From Octopus bimaculoides (lineage: Eukaryota), in NCBI RefSeq assembly GCF_001194135.2, contig NC_068986.1:65433547-65470720 (forward strand): a stretch of DNA of 37,174 nucleotides. The letters run 5' to 3'. The position numbers and the translations under genes were made by a program. The notes under the pieces are model-generated. The model was not told the DNA's origin. It ran no database searches and saw nothing but the letters and a program-made list of their open reading frames with translations. Positions 34,894 to 37,174 of the stretch are shown here, piece after piece; positions within the stretch are counted from its first letter, which is position 1; every line of letters starts with the position of its first letter.

Positions 34894-37106
34894 TGTTTGT
34901 ATATTTTTTGCATTCATGTGTGTTGTATGTGTTTTGTTAATATAGTAAGCAAGATGAGGTATGTGCGTGTTTGTGTATGTGAGTGTGTGTACGTGTGCGT
35001 GCGCGTTCGTGCGTTAGTGAATAAGCTTACTGAAATATAGATTCACTCACGCTCAAATACATATTTGAATCGGTCATATTCATGAAGGTAATGGTTTATA
35101 CGTCTGTTGATATATGTGCACCTGTATACCCATGTATATATGGATGCATTATACCATTTAATGTTTATGCCTATCTATTTCTCACATACCCTCTCACATA
35201 AAGGTGTAAGCATACATATATAGTTATTGTTGCCCATGAAATTCAATGAAAAGTCTCTTCAAATGGGGGATCATTTAATTACTGTACATCTCAAAAAGCA
35301 GCAATAACAGAAAACGCAAGCATGTGAGACACTATTAGAGCCTGTGTTACATCTTATCATGAGTGACAGTAATTCATTGTCGCAGACACACAAGATACTC
35401 CCACGGCCCACGTTACGTAGGAAAATATCGAGGCAATGAAATTCTTAAGTATAGAAGTATACTTAATTCTTAAGTTAGAAGTTTACGTTTCCCACTATTA
35501 CTATCTTAACCGCGGAGAATCAAAAGTGATCATAAAGTGACTAGTATTGTGAATGCAGTCTGCCGAAGTCTACCTTAAAGTTGACCGCAGCAGCTTGCTT
35601 TACTCGCAGCTGTACTTAACTTGCAACTGTACTTCCTAGATTCATAGATAAGATAGCGGGACAGTGATTGATAAGTGTTAGATTTTTTCAGCCAGAATGG
35701 TCTGTCACACAGTAACTCTGGGTTTCACACTTGCTTCGAGTTCCCTTGTTTGGGGCCACAAAACTCACATCTACAGCGACTGTAGGGAGGTCTGGTAGGA
35801 ATCTTTGTGAAGGAGAGGCTGTATACTTACCGGCAGGATTCACAAACTAGTCTACTTCCCTTTCACACATGTCTGTATATACATAATTATGTATAGCACG
35901 CATGTATATGTCCCACAGCTGCCGTCTGTAAAGTTTGTGTGAGATCAGATATCCTAACCGTTTTCTTTCTGTCTCTTCTCTATATACACTCACAGTGTAT
36001 TAAAACATTTTCATATATTTTATATATGGAAAATTCGATTTCTGAATATACTCAACACTTAAACTATACAAGAACAACCGAGAAATAAATGATGCATTTA
36101 AAATTATGCATTTTAGACATGAGTGTTCACAATATTTTCACATAGAAATAAATATGAAGACTCTCGTTACTTATATACATGCTATATATGACATAAAAAA
36201 AGAATTATATTCAAAGGCCTTCTAACCGAGCTCTCCCATGATTTTGTATATTAGGGTTTACATTAAACAATATATACTTCTCTAGTGGAAACATTAGAAT
36301 GTGATATGAGGTAGATTTTGTTGGGTTTTTTTCTTCTATGAGTTAAATAGACTAAGTGTTTCCTTTGTTATATCAATTGGAAGTCTTGGCTACAGATACA
36401 TACAATACCTAACAATACATTACTGAAAACGAACCAAAATGCTTAGAATGGTTGTATTGAATATTTACTTCGTAGGTAATATCTATTACAAAAGATATAC
36501 TACTACGTCTAGCGGTTTCGAGAAAACATCTCGCAGTCATCTAGAATATCGAGAGAACATCAGTATCATATCGTTTGAACTCATTGAGATGAAGTTACAG
36601 ATTTACATATTTATTTATTCATTTATTTATTTCTGCCCAGTGAACACCCTTCCACATGCACGCTTACATACATAAATAATCTAATGTAACAAATGCAAAA
36701 ACTAATTTCTGTGTGTCAATGTGTCACACTTAGACCCCACTCTCTCACTACTCAATAAAACTCCTACTGTTCCTCATGATTGAGTGAGAGTAATAGTAGG
36801 CATAGAGACGGTGAGGACGGTGAGGGCGAAGACAGACAGAGAGGAAGTAAAAGAGAGGGAGAGAAAGAGACTAAGAAATTTAGGGAGAGTTGATGATGTT
36901 TTATTAAAAGTAGTAGTGTTGATGGTGGCAGTGGGAGTAATAATAAAAGAGAGAGAGAAAGAGTGGGTATGTGAGAGAAAGAGGGAGATGATGTACAACT
37001 TCGTTTAACTATCTCTCTTTGACAGAAATTCCTGTCGCCAACATACTGAACACTATCAATTTTGGTTTTATTTTATGTTTTCTTAAACACATACATGCAT
37101 ACATAA

Positions 37107-37107
<1 letters not shown>

Positions 37108-37170
<63 letters not shown>

Positions 37171-37174
37171 ATAT
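37108..37174 (+). repeat. (CA)n(TA)n microsatellite
   Basis: Read directly from the sequence. Confidence 0.95.

Overview
This is AT-rich, microsatellite-dense eukaryotic DNA from a gapped draft scaffold (7 N-gaps). The repeat content suggests a coleoid cephalopod, most likely Octopus; that is an inference from recalled repeat families, not a search. I find no intact protein-coding gene, RNA gene, CRISPR array or prokaryotic system, and almost all ORF-track entries are microsatellite, N-gap or antisense-TE artefacts. The window is mostly retroelement debris: at least four R4/Dong-type (REL-endonuclease) LINE fragments, an RTE LINE 3' end, a CR1/L2-like LINE 3' end nested inside a Dong copy, about eight tRNA-derived SINE copies, a hAT-like MITE, two copies of an (AAT)n-tailed non-coding repeat, and a 162-bp inverted repeat pair. 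The most interesting non-TE signal, at moderate confidence, is a decayed, apparently intronless polycystin (PKD1-like/PKD2-type channel) relic on the + strand. It reads GPS-TM1-PLAT-like at about 0.8-1.7 kb and TOP plus S1-S6 channel-like at about 9.4-10.3 kb, separated by about 7.5 kb of repeats and gaps. Two local assembly artefacts are also visible.
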